From Minisyncoccota bacterium (GTDB lineage: Bacteria > Patescibacteriota > Minisyncoccia > RBG-13-40-8-A), in assembly GCA_035528175.1 (NCBI GenBank), contig DATKZC010000025.1, positions 431-64,430 on the forward strand: a DNA stretch of 64,000 nucleotides, given 5' to 3'. The position numbers and the translations under genes were made by a program. Shown here piece after piece: positions 38,672-48,349 of the stretch. The notes below the pieces were generated by a model. The model had not been told where the DNA came from. It was given only the letters and a program-made list of their open reading frames with translations, and made no database searches. Each line of letters begins with the position of its first letter. Position 1 is the stretch's first letter.

Positions 38672-39781
38672 ATGAAAAATATCAAAATAGAATATTTATC
38701 GAACAGCAAGCTCACCGAAGAATTCATAAAAGACGTTGTTGATCAACTTAAAGATGATTTGGTTGGAAATAAAACCAGCGAAGAAAAAGAAATCATAGAA
38801 AAACTCATTAGTGACTTAACCGCCAAAACAGAAGGCGGATTTGTCGTTCAGGAAAATGAATATAATTTCCTCTCTCAGAATGAAAAATCTCTATGGACAA
38901 AATATTTGATTTTCAGGTATAAATTCAAAATCTATCCCCTGCTCAAAAAACTAACCGACTTTCCAATGCATCTCTTGGTTGAATTGATGTCTTATTGCAA
39001 TCTAAAATGTATTATGTGTTTCCAGTCAGATCCAACTTTCAACAAGCCCGAATATATGGGGCAAATTGACGTCGATTTGTTCAAAAAAGTTGTAGATGAA
39101 GCAGTAAAAGAAAATTGCGGATCATTGACAATGGCATCCCGCGGCGAGCCGACACTCCATCCCCAATTTGGCGAAATTTTGGAATATATAAAAGGCAAAT
39201 TCTTTGATATTAAGCTCAATACCAACGCTATGCTTCTTAATGAAGAAAAATGCCATCAAATATTGAAGAACGAAGTCACTGAATTGGTTTTTTCTGTTGA
39301 TGCAACATCAAAGGAGGAGTATGAAAAAATACGCAGGAATGGCAACTTCGAACAAGTAGTTAATAATATAAAACAATTTCACAAAATCAGAACTGAATTC
39401 TATCCTGATTCCAAGTGTAGAACACGGATTAGTGGAGTAAAATACAATCAAAATTTCGATACGGAAAAATTTATGGAATTTTGGAAAGCGATTGTTGATA
39501 ATGTTGTCTGTGCTACCATGGAAGATTTCCATGATACGTATAATAATAAACCTAATGGCAAAAACTCTCCCTGTCCAAATCCTTGGTGGAGTCTTTATGT
39601 TTGGTATGACGGCACGGTCAGTCCTTGCGACTACGACTATAAAAGCCAGTTGAATATGGGAAACGTGCGAGAAAAATCAATCAGAGAAGTTTGGACTGGA
39701 GGAAAATTCTCTGAATTAAGAAATAACCATGCTAGCGGAAATCGCAATCGCTATATCCCTTGCGACCGCTGCGAAAATTGA
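38672..39781 (+). CDS. Radical SAM protein with SPASM/twitch domain
   Basis: CNLKCIMC, GEP.LHP, CPNPW...DG.V.PC, C..C. Confidence 0.9.
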   Translation: MKNIKIEYLSNSKLTEEFIKDVVDQLKDDLVGNKTSEEKEIIEKLISDLTAKTEGGFVVQENEYNFLSQNEKSLWTKYLIFRYKFKIYPLLKKLTDFPMHLLVELMSYCNLKCIMCFQSDPTFNKPEYMGQIDVDLFKKVVDEAVKENCGSLTMASRGEPTLHPQFGEILEYIKGKFFDIKLNTNAMLLNEEKCHQILKNEVTELVFSVDATSKEEYEKIRRNGNFEQVVNNIKQFHKIRTEFYPDSKCRTRISGVKYNQNFDTEKFMEFWKAIVDNVVCATMEDFHDTYNNKPNGKNSPCPNPWWSLYVWYDGTVSPCDYDYKSQLNMGNVREKSIREVWTGGKFSELRNNHASGNRNRYIPCDRCEN

Positions 39782-39782
39782 T

Positions 39783-40784
39783 ATGCCGAAAATAAAAATC
39801 GGATTCATAGGATATAAAGGGCACGCAATGCGTTTAATCAAAATATTCTCAAAAATAAAAGATTGCGAGATTTCTTATTTTTATCATCCGGAAAAAAATA
39901 TAGACCTCAAACAAATTTCAATAACCAATAAATCGAAGCTGATTGCAACGCGCAATTTAAAAGGTATGTATTCGTGCGACTGCATTGTAATCTCCTCTCC
40001 AAATTATAGTCATTTCAATTATATTAAAAAACTATTGAAAAACTATAAAGGATATATATTTTGCGAAAAACCACCAGTTGCAAATCTGAAAGAATTAAAT
40101 GCATTAGCCAAAATATCAATTAAAAACAAAAAGAGAATTTATTTTAATTTTAATATGCGATTTAGTTTTCTCAATGATGTTTTAAAAAATTTCTCTCGAA
40201 AATATAATCTTGGAAAACCCATAAGAATAGCAACAACGGTTGGGCATGGATTGGCCTTCAAAAAGTCTTATAAATCATCTTGGCGAGCAAAAAAAGAATT
40301 ACACAAAACCGGAGTACTAGAAACGTTGGGAATTCATTATTTTGATTTAGTAAGTTTTTTGTTCGGCTCACCGGAAAATTTTTGCTATAAATCCGAAAAT
40401 TATTCTCCATACGGCAATTCTATTGATACAAGTCATTTATCGTGTAGCTTTAAAACCCATTGTTATTTCAATTTGACTTGTAGCTATTGCATACCATTTA
40501 TAGAAAACACACAAATTATTTATACAAACGGTTTAATTGAATTAAATGCCACCGAGATAAAAGTTTTTGGACCAAGGGAAGTTTTTGACAAAAAAGGATT
40601 TTTTACCAATCCTCCTTTGATTTTTAAAAAATCTTTAAATAGTGAAAAATTATATTTTGAATCTTTGGTTATGTCCTGTGAATACTTTATTGATTGTGTT
40701 CGCCGAAAAAGAACAATAAATCCGAAATATTTTAAACAAAGCATACTTTCTAATAAGATATGTTTAAACACTGTAGAAAATTAA
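39783..40784 (+). CDS. Gfo/Idh/MocA family oxidoreductase
   Basis: Start reassigned to MPKIKIGFIG; ISSPN.SH, FCEKP, IHYFD. Confidence 0.82.
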   Translation: MPKIKIGFIGYKGHAMRLIKIFSKIKDCEISYFYHPEKNIDLKQISITNKSKLIATRNLKGMYSCDCIVISSPNYSHFNYIKKLLKNYKGYIFCEKPPVANLKELNALAKISIKNKKRIYFNFNMRFSFLNDVLKNFSRKYNLGKPIRIATTVGHGLAFKKSYKSSWRAKKELHKTGVLETLGIHYFDLVSFLFGSPENFCYKSENYSPYGNSIDTSHLSCSFKTHCYFNLTCSYCIPFIENTQIIYTNGLIELNATEIKVFGPREVFDKKGFFTNPPLIFKKSLNSEKLYFESLVMSCEYFIDCVRRKRTINPKYFKQSILSNKICLNTVEN

Positions 40785-40842
40785 TAACAAATAAAAGAAG
40801 AACATCTATTGTTCTTTTTTTTATTTGTCCACAGATAAGTAC

Positions 40843-40892
40843 CTGACACCATTTGACACCTATTGACACTATCATTTTTACTACTATATAAT
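40843..40892 (+). promoter_or_regulatory. Promoter with three TGACAC direct repeats at 10-bp period
   Basis: cTGACACcattTGACACctatTGACACt; the last repeat is the -35 (TTGACA-18-TATAAT). Confidence 0.75.
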
Positions 40893-40901
40893 TAAATCAA
40901 T

Positions 40902-41150
40902 ATGAAAAAAGAGGTAAATTCAAACTCAATATACACTACCAATGAAACCAAAGAACTCTTGAAAGTAAGCGACAGCACCATAAAGCGCCTGCTCAAAAAA
41001 GGTATCATTAAAGCCAATAAAGTCGGTGGTCAATACAGAATTATGGGAAAGGAAATCCTCCGACTCGTCTCGCCTAAAGTTGAAAGAAAGGCAGTATCAA
41101 TTTATCAGAAGCTTAAAAAAGATATAAAAACTAAAATTAAGAAGTGGTAA
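40902..41150 (+). CDS. Small excisionase/BldC-like (HTH_17) DNA-binding protein
   Basis: YTTNE..ELLKVS..TI.RL...G.IKA.KVGGQYRI. Confidence 0.85.
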   Translation: MKKEVNSNSIYTTNETKELLKVSDSTIKRLLKKGIIKANKVGGQYRIMGKEILRLVSPKVERKAVSIYQKLKKDIKTKIKKW

Positions 41151-41160
41151 TTTAAATACT

Positions 41161-42120
41161 ATGAAAAAAGCTTTAGTTTGCGGAGCAGGTGGTTTTATTG
41201 GTGGCCATCTGGTAAAACAATTAAAAAAAGAAGGTTATTGGGTACGCGGAGTTGATTTAAAAAAACATGAATTTTCTCCAAGTGCTGCGGATGAATTTTT
41301 AATACTAGACCTAAGAGAAGAAAAAAATTGCCAAACAGCTGTTCTTGGCCCAAATGGCGAGATTTTTGACGAAGTTTACCAATTAGCAGCTGACATGGGC
41401 GGCATGGGATTTATTCATACAGCTGAATGCGAAATTATGCGCAATAACGCCTTAATCAATATTAATATGATTAATTCAAGCGCTGATGCCAGAGTCAAGC
41501 GTTATTTCTTTTCCTCGTCTGCCTGCATTTATAGGAATATGGAATATAATGAGCCCGAACTATCCGAAGAAGACGCTTACCCTGCATTACCAGATAATGA
41601 ATATGGCTGGGAAAAGCTTTATGCCGAGCGCATGGCCATGGCTTATGGCCGACGTTTTGGTCTGGCTATTCGATTGGCTCGATTCCAAAACTGCTATGGA
41701 CCAGAGGGCACATGGAAAGGCGGAAGGGAAAAGGCTCCAGCTGCATTGTGCCGTAAAATTGCTGAAGCCAAAGACGATGACACTATTGAAATTTGGGGCG
41801 ATGGCACGGCTATGCGTGCTTATACTTACATTGATGATATGATTGAAGGAATCCGTATGCTTATGGATTCTGAATTAGAAAACGGCGTGAATATCGGCCG
41901 ACAAGAATATGTGAGCGTAGACGAATTAGCGAAAACAATTGCCGAAATTTCCAACAAGAAAGTAAATCTTAAACATATAAATGGACCAGTGGGGGTAAAA
42001 GCTAGAAATTTCCGCATTGACCGCATTTCTTCTTTGGGCTGGAACTCCCAGTTTTCCCTACGAGATGGTCTAACTAAAACATATTCCTGGATTAAAGAAC
42101 AAGTATGGAAAACCTCATAA
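41161..42120 (+). CDS. NAD-dependent epimerase, GDP-mannose 3,5-epimerase-like
   Basis: GAGGFIG, LAADMGGMGFI, SSAC.Y, YGWEK, GGREKAPAA.CRK. Confidence 0.88.
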   Translation: MKKALVCGAGGFIGGHLVKQLKKEGYWVRGVDLKKHEFSPSAADEFLILDLREEKNCQTAVLGPNGEIFDEVYQLAADMGGMGFIHTAECEIMRNNALININMINSSADARVKRYFFSSSACIYRNMEYNEPELSEEDAYPALPDNEYGWEKLYAERMAMAYGRRFGLAIRLARFQNCYGPEGTWKGGREKAPAALCRKIAEAKDDDTIEIWGDGTAMRAYTYIDDMIEGIRMLMDSELENGVNIGRQEYVSVDELAKTIAEISNKKVNLKHINGPVGVKARNFRIDRISSLGWNSQFSLRDGLTKTYSWIKEQVWKTS

Positions 42121-42926
42121 TCATAAAACCTCAAAAGAGATTTAGCCTACAAGACTTAAAGGAAATTTGGATATATAAAGAATTGCTTTATTTCTTTACT
42201 TGGCGCGATCTTAAAGTCCGATACAAACAAACCGCAATAGGTGTTCTCTGGGCAATTTTCCGACCATTTATTACCATGATTATTTTTAGTGTCTTTTTCG
42301 GCGGACTAATGAAAGTTCCTTCTGATAATATCCCTTATCCTATATTTGTTTATGTTGGTCTATTGTTTTGGCAGTTGTTTTCCGCGTCTTTATCCGAATC
42401 TAGCAATAGCTTGGTCAGCAGCCGAGCCATATTTACGAAAATTTATTTTCCACGTTTAATTCTGCCGATTTCTTCAATAATTCCTCATTTTGTTGATTTT
42501 TTAATTGCTTCGATAATTCTAATTGGTATGATGTTTTATTATCATTTTATTCCTGGACTGATTGGTTTATTGATTCTGCCAATTTTAATTTTAATAACAC
42601 TAACAATGTCTTGCGGACTGGGCATCTTTTTATCGGCAATAAACGTTAAATACCGGGACGTGCCCCATATTCTGCCTTTTTTAATCCAAACATTAATGTT
42701 TGTTACCCCTGTTATTTATCCCACGAGCATATTACAAAAATATTCGTGGATTATGGCCATAAACCCCATGACCGGAGTTATTCAGACAGCTCGTGCGGCA
42801 ATATTGGGAACATCATCAATTAATTGGTTTTTATTGCTCATTTCTGGTTTGATTTGTTTAACGGTATTAATTTTTGGAATAATTTATTTTAAAAAAACAG
42901 AAAAACATTTTGCGGATTTGGTATAA
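42105..42926 (+). CDS. wzm: Polysaccharide ABC transporter permease
   Basis: RDLKVRYKQT..G..W, KIYFPR, TPVIYP, NPM. Confidence 0.93.
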   Translation: MENLIIIKPQKRFSLQDLKEIWIYKELLYFFTWRDLKVRYKQTAIGVLWAIFRPFITMIIFSVFFGGLMKVPSDNIPYPIFVYVGLLFWQLFSASLSESSNSLVSSRAIFTKIYFPRLILPISSIIPHFVDFLIASIILIGMMFYYHFIPGLIGLLILPILILITLTMSCGLGIFLSAINVKYRDVPHILPFLIQTLMFVTPVIYPTSILQKYSWIMAINPMTGVIQTARAAILGTSSINWFLLLISGLICLTVLIFGIIYFKKTEKHFADLV

Positions 42927-42941
42927 AATTACAAAAAATAT

Positions 42942-44213
42942 ATGTCAGTCGTTGAAATAAAAAATATATCAAAAAAATATCGCATTATGCGCCAAAAAGA
43001 ACGCTATGGCACACTGCGCGATACGCTTATCAATATTACTAAAAACCCATTCAGATTTTTCAAAAATACCATACTAGGCAACAATACTAGAGAAGAATTC
43101 TGGGCATTAAAAAATATAAATTTAGATATCAAAAAGGGAGAAGCCATCGGCATAATTGGAGCTAATGGCGCCGGCAAGTCCACGTTTTTAAAAATTATTT
43201 CCAGAATCACATTCCCGACAACTGGCGAAATCAAAATCAGAGGACGAGTAGCTTCTTTGCTGGAAATCGGCACGGGATTCCATCCGGAATTAACGGGATA
43301 CGAAAATATTTTTCTGAACGGAGCTATTATGGGAATGACCAAAAAAGAAATTAAAGCGAAGCTTAACGATATAATTAAATTTGCCGGAATTGAAAAATTT
43401 ATTGATACTCCGGTAAAACGTTATTCGTCCGGCATGTATATCAGGCTTGCGTTTTCTGTGGCTGCACACATGGAGCCGGATATTTTAATAGTCGACGAAG
43501 TGCTTGCCGTGGGAGACGTCAGTTTTCAAAAAAAGTGTCTTGGGAAGATGAATGAAGTGGCCAAAAAACAAGGCAGGACCGTTTTATTCGTCAGTCATAA
43601 TATGGCGGCGATTCAAAACCTTTGTGAAAGGTGCATTCTATTAGAAAATGGGATGATTAAAAAACGGGGCAAGACAGATGAAATAATAAGTTACTACCTA
43701 AGTCAAACTAACGGTAATACCACTATTGGAGAATATAAACATAGCAAGAATGATTTTTTGGCAAATGATTTTGTTGAATTAATTTCCGTTAAATTAACCG
43801 ATCAAAACGGAGATATCAGTGCGGATTTTGGCTCCACTGAAGATATATATATGTTAATAGAGTATAAAATAAAAAAAGAATTATCCACTTTGGTTATTGA
43901 TGCCGACATTAAAAATGAAGATGGCCTTACCATATTTCACTCCACGGATAATGATGATGGCAAACTTGCCGGCGAAAAAAGGGTTCCTGGAACTTACATC
44001 AGTCGTTGCCAAATTCCTAAAAGTTTATTAAATACTGGAAAATATTTTGTAGGAGTAGGGGGAGGCATTCCTAAAATAGAACAATTTTTCCATGCAAAAA
44101 ATATTTTAAGCTTTAATTTAAGATCTACCGGCGGACCAACAAGCGTAGACTCGCCAAGAAGCGGGGTGGTCTGCCCCGAACTTAAGTGGGAAACTACTTT
44201 AAAAATGATATAA
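42942..44213 (+). CDS. wzt: Polysaccharide ABC transporter ATPase with C-terminal Wzt-C domain
   Basis: GANGAGKST, YSSGM, DEVLAVGD, VSH; C-terminal beta domain. Confidence 0.95.
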   Translation: MSVVEIKNISKKYRIMRQKERYGTLRDTLINITKNPFRFFKNTILGNNTREEFWALKNINLDIKKGEAIGIIGANGAGKSTFLKIISRITFPTTGEIKIRGRVASLLEIGTGFHPELTGYENIFLNGAIMGMTKKEIKAKLNDIIKFAGIEKFIDTPVKRYSSGMYIRLAFSVAAHMEPDILIVDEVLAVGDVSFQKKCLGKMNEVAKKQGRTVLFVSHNMAAIQNLCERCILLENGMIKKRGKTDEIISYYLSQTNGNTTIGEYKHSKNDFLANDFVELISVKLTDQNGDISADFGSTEDIYMLIEYKIKKELSTLVIDADIKNEDGLTIFHSTDNDDGKLAGEKRVPGTYISRCQIPKSLLNTGKYFVGVGGGIPKIEQFFHAKNILSFNLRSTGGPTSVDSPRSGVVCPELKWETTLKMI

Positions 44214-44221
44214 GTAATTTT

Positions 44222-45643
44222 ATGAAAATACTTTTACTTTACGATACAAAAGGCTCAAAAGCAAAGAATTTAATGCTAGAATTAGAAAAAAATTCTAATA
44301 AAATAATCTATTGGGTAGGCGCCCCTGGGGGAGAAATAGATAATTTGCCTGAAAGTATTTTTCATTCAAGCTCCGATGCATTGCTCGGATTGCCGGCTAA
44401 AAATATTAATATTTCTGAATTTGCTCCACCAAGCAATAATCTGATAGAAAAATTATACAGAACTGAATCTCTAATTCTAACGATGATGAATGCAAAATAC
44501 GATAATTTGCGCACCAGCGAACGCAAGCATTTATATTATGAAATGTTAAGATATTGGTACGGTATACTCAATAAATATAAACCAGATGTTGTTCTCCATG
44601 GACTTATCCCTCATGCCGTCCATACCTTTTTAATACAGGAATTGGCGCGCTTGCTAAATATCAAAACCGTGATGTTTGAAGACACAGGAGCATCTGATAG
44701 ATTACTGGCATTTAACGATTTCCGCGACGGAAGCAAAGATCTACAAAGAGAAATCAAAAGAAATCATGGCAAAAATTTTTCATTAAAAGATTTGAGCAAT
44801 GATATACAAAAATACTATAAATCACAACTCGACTTTAAGCACGATTCTACGCCAGTATATGTAGGAGTCCTGAAAAATCGATACACTGGATCAGAATTAT
44901 TAAAACGCAGATTGAACCGCTTTAGAAAAAGCATCCAAGAAGGCATTTTTCTGAAAACAATAATACAAACCATAATTAAGAGATTTAGAAAAAATAGCAA
45001 AGATGAATATGCCAGCCTTCAAGCCGAACCGGATTTAAATAAAAAATTTATTTATGCCCCGCTACATTTGCAGCCAGAATGCACCACTTCCCCAAAAGGC
45101 GATTTATTCGTTGACCAAATTCTAATGCTCGAAACTTTATCTGCCGCCCTACCCAAAGATTGGGTAATATATGTTAAAGAGCATCCAATTCAATGGTACC
45201 AGCGCGGAACAGATTTTTCCGGCGCAAGATACCGAGGATATTACAAAAAAATATCTGAGATAAAAAATATTCAATTGATTCCAGTCCAAATCAGCACCTA
45301 TACTTTAATCAATAAATCACAGGCAGTAGCTACTGTTGCCGGAATGGCATCGTGGGAAGCAGTACTGAGGTCTAAACCAGCCATAATATTCGGCTACTCC
45401 TGGTATAGGGATTGTTATGGAGTTTTTAAAGTTGATAACATTTACTCCTGTAGTGTGGCTTTAGAAAAAATTGCCAGCGGTTTTGCCGTAGACCAACAAC
45501 AAGTTATTAATTATTTAAAATGCTTTGATGATGCAACCATCCATGGATATCTCGACGTTGATTATGCAAAAAGCTCTGAACTTACTCCTGAAGAAAATAA
45601 AAATAATGTAATTCAAAAAATGTTATTTGAGATTAAAAATTAA
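44222..45643 (+). CDS. Capsule biosynthesis KpsS-like protein (putative ulosonic acid transferase)
   Basis: PLHLQPE, YVKEHP, WEA...KP...G; start reassigned to MKILLLY. Confidence 0.7.
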   Translation: MKILLLYDTKGSKAKNLMLELEKNSNKIIYWVGAPGGEIDNLPESIFHSSSDALLGLPAKNINISEFAPPSNNLIEKLYRTESLILTMMNAKYDNLRTSERKHLYYEMLRYWYGILNKYKPDVVLHGLIPHAVHTFLIQELARLLNIKTVMFEDTGASDRLLAFNDFRDGSKDLQREIKRNHGKNFSLKDLSNDIQKYYKSQLDFKHDSTPVYVGVLKNRYTGSELLKRRLNRFRKSIQEGIFLKTIIQTIIKRFRKNSKDEYASLQAEPDLNKKFIYAPLHLQPECTTSPKGDLFVDQILMLETLSAALPKDWVIYVKEHPIQWYQRGTDFSGARYRGYYKKISEIKNIQLIPVQISTYTLINKSQAVATVAGMASWEAVLRSKPAIIFGYSWYRDCYGVFKVDNIYSCSVALEKIASGFAVDQQQVINYLKCFDDATIHGYLDVDYAKSSELTPEENKNNVIQKMLFEIKN

Positions 45644-45663
45644 TTAAGAATTGAGATGAAATT

Positions 45664-46644
45664 ATGATTGAAGATTTATTTAAAGATAAAACAATATTGA
45701 TTACAGGCGGCACCGGATCTTTTGGTTCCAATTTTGTTAAGTATCTACTAAAAAACTCTAAGGCAAAAAAATTAATAATTTACAGCAGAGACGAACTCAA
45801 GCAATCAAAGATGGATGCCGAAATCAATGACAAAAGACTGCGCTTCTTTATTGGAGATGTCCGAGAATCGGAAAGGTTGCGAAGGGCATTTAATGGCGTT
45901 GATATTGTGATACATGCTGCGGCCCTCAAACAAGTTCCGGCCTTGGAATATAATCCATTTGAAGCAATTAAAACCAATATACTCGGCAGCCAGAATATTA
46001 TCAATGCTGCCATTGACCAAGGAATAGAAAAAGTGTTGTTAGTTTCAACAGATAAAGCAGTCCATCCAGTAAATCTTTATGGCGCGACCAAATTATGCGC
46101 CGAGAAATTATTTGTAAACGGCAATGTTTATGCCCCTAAAAAATCAATCTTCAGCGTAGTAAGATATGGCAATGTTTTAGGCAGCCGGGGAAGTATTGTA
46201 GAAACATTACTTAAAGAGAAAAATCCGAAAAAAGTCCAAATTACCGATATGGAAATGACCCGATTCTGGATTACATTAGAACAGACATTTGAATTGGTAT
46301 TGTTTGCGCTTGAGCATATGCGCGGCGGGGAGATTTTTGTGCCCAAGATACCGAGCATGAAATTGGTTGATTTATTTGATGCTATTGCGCCAAACACAGA
46401 GAAAGAAATTATCGGAATCAGACCAGGAGAAAAACTGCACGAAGTCCTACTCACTCAGGAAGAAGCTAAACATGCCATGGAATTAGACAGACATTTCGCC
46501 ATCGTGCCTCATGATAAAAAACTGGAGTTTTACGCGGAAGTAATAAGAAACGGCAAAAAAGTAGCGCATGATTTTAGTTTTAGCAGCCATACCAATAATC
46601 ATTGGTTGACCAAGGAGGAGCTTAAAAAATTAATAAATAACTAA
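45664..46644 (+). CDS. pseB: UDP-GlcNAc 4,6-dehydratase (inverting)
   Basis: GGTGSFG, SRDELKQ, HAAALKQVP..EYNP, STDKA..P.NLYGATK, RYGNV.GSRGS. Confidence 0.92.
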   Translation: MIEDLFKDKTILITGGTGSFGSNFVKYLLKNSKAKKLIIYSRDELKQSKMDAEINDKRLRFFIGDVRESERLRRAFNGVDIVIHAAALKQVPALEYNPFEAIKTNILGSQNIINAAIDQGIEKVLLVSTDKAVHPVNLYGATKLCAEKLFVNGNVYAPKKSIFSVVRYGNVLGSRGSIVETLLKEKNPKKVQITDMEMTRFWITLEQTFELVLFALEHMRGGEIFVPKIPSMKLVDLFDAIAPNTEKEIIGIRPGEKLHEVLLTQEEAKHAMELDRHFAIVPHDKKLEFYAEVIRNGKKVAHDFSFSSHTNNHWLTKEELKKLINN

Positions 46645-46651
46645 TTAAAAT

Positions 46652-47722
46652 ATGGCCAAAAAAGAATTCCCTAAAGTTATAAAAATAGGTTCAAAGTTAG
46701 TCGGCAAAGAACAACCAACGTACTTTATCGCTGACATCGGAGCAAACTTCGATAGCAATTTGGAAAAGGCGAAGAAATTGGCTTTAGCAGTAAAAAAATC
46801 TGGCGCAGATTGCGTTAAATTTCAAACTTTTGCAGCAGACAAAATTGTTTCCGGCCCAAGCTTCGCTAAAATGCATTTAAAAGGCATCCACGGGTCATGG
46901 AAAAAGCCAATTAACCAAATTTTTAAAGAAGCGGAATTCCCTAGGGCATGGCATAAAAAACTTGCTGATTACTGCAAAAAAATAAATATTGATTTCTCTT
47001 CTTCTCCATATGATTTCGAGGCCGTAGATCTTTTGGATAAAATCGGCGTTAATTTTTTCAAAATCGGCTCCGGAGAAATAATCTGGCCAGAAATGTTAAA
47101 ATATATCGCGAGAAAAAACAAACCGATGATTCTGGCAACCGGCGATAGCACATTGGCTGAAGTCGACGAGGCAATAAGAATTATTGAAAGTACAGGAAAC
47201 AATAAATTGATTTTACTTCAGTGCATCACCAATTATCCGTCCAAAATTGAAAATGCAAATATTAATGTCCTTAAAACATATCAAACCGCCTTCAATATTA
47301 TAACCGGATATTCTGATCATAGCCCGGGCGATATAGTCGTTCTGGGTTCTGTTGCATTGGGAGGCAAGGTAATCGAAAAACATTTTACGTTGAACAAAAA
47401 AGATTCTGGCCCAGACCATCCCCATTCTATGGAACCGCAAGAATTCAAACAAATGGTAGATAAAGTAAGATTATTAGAAAAAGCCCTTGGCAGCACCAGA
47501 AAAGAAGTTACGGCCGAAGAATTTGAAACTGTAATTGTCCAGCGTCGATCGCTTCATGTTAACAAAAATATCAAAGCGGGGGAAACAATCAAACGAAACG
47601 ATATAATCGAATTGAGACCAGCGACAGGAATACTTCCTAAACACAAAGACATTGTCGTTGGACGAAAAGCAAAAATCAATATTAAAAAACGCGAAGCAAT
47701 ACAATGGGAGGATATTGCATAA
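46652..47722 (+). CDS. Nonulosonic acid synthase (NeuB/PseI family) with SAF domain
   Basis: KFQT, KIGSGE, C..NYP, GYSDHS, IEKHFTL, DH..S.EP. Confidence 0.92.
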   Translation: MAKKEFPKVIKIGSKLVGKEQPTYFIADIGANFDSNLEKAKKLALAVKKSGADCVKFQTFAADKIVSGPSFAKMHLKGIHGSWKKPINQIFKEAEFPRAWHKKLADYCKKINIDFSSSPYDFEAVDLLDKIGVNFFKIGSGEIIWPEMLKYIARKNKPMILATGDSTLAEVDEAIRIIESTGNNKLILLQCITNYPSKIENANINVLKTYQTAFNIITGYSDHSPGDIVVLGSVALGGKVIEKHFTLNKKDSGPDHPHSMEPQEFKQMVDKVRLLEKALGSTRKEVTAEEFETVIVQRRSLHVNKNIKAGETIKRNDIIELRPATGILPKHKDIVVGRKAKINIKKREAIQWEDIA

Positions 47723-47725
47723 ATA

Positions 47726-48349
47726 ATGAAATTCAAAGGAAAATTAGTCAATTTAATAAAATTAATGGTCGTTACTTATAACGACCTAATTGACGAATCT
47801 GATGTTGTTGTCTGCCTAGAGGGAGATGGATATAATCGCATAGAAAAAACTATTGAATTGTTTAGGAATGGGTTGGCAAAAAATATTGTTATCTCCGGCG
47901 GATTCAATTCTCCCCCGTTTTGCCTTCACGCAGAAATACTTGCGCAAGAAATTATCAAAAGGGGCATTCCTAAAAATAAAATAATTTTAGAAAAAAATTC
48001 CCAAAATACATACGAACAGGGATTGGAGGTTCTAAAAATCGTTCAGGAAAAGAAATGGAATAAAATAATCCTTGTTGCATCACATTTTCATCAACCAAGG
48101 GCATATCTAGCGTTCTTAAAGGCGATGAAAGATTTAAAATTGAAAGTCCATATATTCAACGCTCCGGCAAAAGACCTTCTTTGGTTTGAAAAAACCGATG
48201 CCGGACCAACAAGAATCCAATTAATGGAAGATGAATTAGAAAAAATCAAAGAATACACAAAAAAAGGTCATCTTATTGAAATTAAAGAAGCATTAAATTA
48301 TCAAAAATGGCAAGAGAAAAAACTGGCTTCGAAAAAATCAAAAAAATAA
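47726..48349 (+). CDS. YdcF/DUF218 family protein
   Basis: ISGG, E.NS.NTYEQ, LV.S.FH.PRA. Confidence 0.85.
   Translation: MKFKGKLVNLIKLMVVTYNDLIDESDVVVCLEGDGYNRIEKTIELFRNGLAKNIVISGGFNSPPFCLHAEILAQEIIKRGIPKNKIILEKNSQNTYEQGLEVLKIVQEKKWNKIILVASHFHQPRAYLAFLKAMKDLKLKVHIFNAPAKDLLWFEKTDAGPTRIQLMEDELEKIKEYTKKGHLIEIKEALNYQKWQEKKLASKKSKK

Noticed and set aside
40902-41150. Excisionase marking a prophage or integrative element
   Set aside because: No integrase, att-like repeat or phage genes nearby; it is better explained as a regulator.
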